From: Candidatus Binatia bacterium
Lineage (GTDB): Bacteria; Desulfobacterota; Binatia; UBA9968; CAXXLF01
Direction of reading: 5' to 3'
Assembly: GCA_963664015.2 (NCBI GenBank)
Contig: CAXXLF010000002.1
Span: forward strand, 1,056,001-1,120,000
Length of the DNA: 64,000 nucleotides
This document shows positions 62,401 to 64,000 of the stretch, piece by piece (within the stretch, counting starts at the first letter, position 1; the number at the start of each line of letters is the position of its first letter). The notes under the pieces are model-generated. The model was not told the origin of the DNA. It did no database searches and worked only from the letters and a program-made list of their open reading frames with translations. A program made the translations under genes and the position numbers.

Positions 62401-62767
62401 GATCGAAACCTCGTTTGTTTTGTTGCTGCTTTAGAAAGAAAGACAGGTTCTTTCCTTGGATCTAAAGATTTTAATAGTTCTGGCCTTGATGTCAACCCAA
62501 CGGCGGCGACCGCGGAGGGCCAGGCCCCCGAGCCTACAATTTCCTCGGGGATCGAGCCTCCGGTTCGGCTGAGCTCACCCTCGAAGCCAGGCCTTGGCAA
62601 TAGGCAGATGAATATTTGAAGCGGTCGGATCGGATACCTGCGGTCTTTCGCCTCGCTCCCCTTCGGAATAACACCACTGGGCTAAGGGGGCTTGGAATTC
62701 TTTCTTTTCCTCTTGTTTTTCATGCCGATTATTGGCTAAAGATTACCTATCGAAAGGAAACAGTCCT

Positions 62768-63883
62768 ATGGCCAAGCCGGAACAGACCTTTGATCAATGG
62801 TGGGTGGGCAGCCACTACATGAAATTCGTCGAGCAGGAGGGGGCACCCCTTTATGAAGGGAGTTATCTCCTGGACATGCAAACCGTCCCCCTTGGAGACT
62901 GGGAACGGAGGGGGGGGAAAGTCGCCTACACCCGCCTGGCCAACCAAGAGCGTCTGAACCTTCAAATCGTGGAGATCCCTGCCAAAGGACAGCTCAAGCC
63001 CGAGCACCACATGTACGAGGCCGTGATGTACGTGATCAAGGGGGCCGGAGCCACCGAGATTTGGCAGGAAGGAGAGCCCAAACAGACCATCGAATGGTCC
63101 GAAGGATCACTGCTCGCCATACCGCTCAACGCCTGGCACCAGGAGTTCAACAGCTCGGGAAGCGAGCCCTGCCGCGTGGTCTTCGGAACCAACATGGCCC
63201 AGGTGATAAACCTCTACCACAACATGGACTACGTTTTTAAAAACCCCTTCTCCTTCAAAGACCGCTACAACTGCCGGATGGAGGGTTACTACAGCGACGA
63301 GGGAAAACACTGGAACCTACGGCTCTTTGAGACCAATTTTATTCCCGACATTCGGAACTTTGGCCTGGACGAGTGGGCGGAAAAGGGCACACGCACCTCT
63401 ATCATGCGCCTCTACATGGGCAACGCAACTTCTCAGATCCACATCCTGGAAGTCTCCGAAGGGACCTATGTCACGGCGCACCGGCATGGCGCGGGCGCCC
63501 ACGTGATGATCGTCGACGGCGAGGGTTACGAGCTTCTATTTATGCCCGGTGAAGAGAAGGACCCGGCCAAAAGGGTCAAGCTGCCGGTCAAGCCCTACAG
63601 CGTTATTTCGCCCATCCTCAACCAATACCACCAGCACTTTAACACGGGGAAGGTCCCGTTTCGGCAACTCGCCTTCAAGGGTTGGGAGCCCAGTGCGGTC
63701 ACCGTCAACGCCAAAGGCAAGTACGATCCCGTTGGCGCAGCGCGGAGCGACAATCCCCACGCCTATTCGTTCAAGCTCCGCTACGACGAGGAAGACCCGG
63801 CTGTACGGGAGGATTATTACGCCGAGTTGGAAAAAAACGGTGTGGACCTTCGGCTCCCGCCGCTGGACCAGGGTCCCGGATGA
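62768..63883 (+). CDS. Bicupin, gentisate 1,2-dioxygenase-like family
   Basis: WERRGGK, EHHMYEA, LNAWHQ, FETNFI, TAHRHGAGAH, YHQHFN. Confidence 0.87.
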   Translation: MAKPEQTFDQWWVGSHYMKFVEQEGAPLYEGSYLLDMQTVPLGDWERRGGKVAYTRLANQERLNLQIVEIPAKGQLKPEHHMYEAVMYVIKGAGATEIWQEGEPKQTIEWSEGSLLAIPLNAWHQEFNSSGSEPCRVVFGTNMAQVINLYHNMDYVFKNPFSFKDRYNCRMEGYYSDEGKHWNLRLFETNFIPDIRNFGLDEWAEKGTRTSIMRLYMGNATSQIHILEVSEGTYVTAHRHGAGAHVMIVDGEGYELLFMPGEEKDPAKRVKLPVKPYSVISPILNQYHQHFNTGKVPFRQLAFKGWEPSAVTVNAKGKYDPVGAARSDNPHAYSFKLRYDEEDPAVREDYYAELEKNGVDLRLPPLDQGPG

Positions 63884-64000
63884 TCGGCTCCCGTCACGAC
63901 GGTACATTTACAGCCCAAGGTCGTCGTTGTTAATCGTGATTGATCAACCGGACTAGAGTTTTCCTTGCTTAACAAAAGCGTCATTTCGGTTTTGTCCTTG

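Noticed and set aside
1-64000. Alternative genetic code or pyrrolysine readthrough to explain the many in-frame stops
   Set aside because: The stops are of all three types, mostly co-occur with frameshifts, and intact genes use TAA, TAG and TGA as normal terminators. Only the UGA at 34572 sits at a position suggesting recoding.
1-64000. CRISPR array, tRNA, rRNA or intact IS element
   Set aside because: I recognised no regularly spaced repeat-spacer array, cloverleaf, rRNA-like segment or transposase ORF by eye. A covariance-model scan was not possible.

Overview
A ~57% GC-looking bacterial chromosome segment; the gene repertoire suggests a deltaproteobacterial-type organism such as Ca. Binatota, which is inference only. 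Intact housekeeping genes: hisI-hisG, cutA, a NUDIX hydrolase, acs, ispF, class I fumarase, an RRM protein, and a full A1-type cytochrome c oxidase cluster (subunits II, I, ctaA, ctaB, two subunit III genes, IV, DUF420). Accessory catabolic genes: three intact and one decayed gentisate-dioxygenase-like bicupins, an orphan His-tailed EutA-like ATPase, UbiD decarboxylases, a Rieske oxygenase, an LLM oxidoreductase, an amidohydrolase, a MetE-like enzyme, a class II aldolase, BNR propellers and MFS transporters. The accessory part is heavily eroded, with about 14 pseudogenes carrying nonsense codons, indels and large deletions. These include relics the ORF track misses: an integron-integrase C-terminus, an ~80-bp amidohydrolase relic and a UbiD::solute-binding-protein deletion fusion. 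A peroxiredoxin-like gene has an in-frame UGA at its redox Cys position (candidate selenoprotein). Several REP/MITE-like repeats, a perfect operator palindrome and 11-bp direct repeats occur in intergenic DNA. I recognised no rRNA, tRNA, CRISPR array or intact transposase. All assignments come from motif recognition by eye; no database searches were run.
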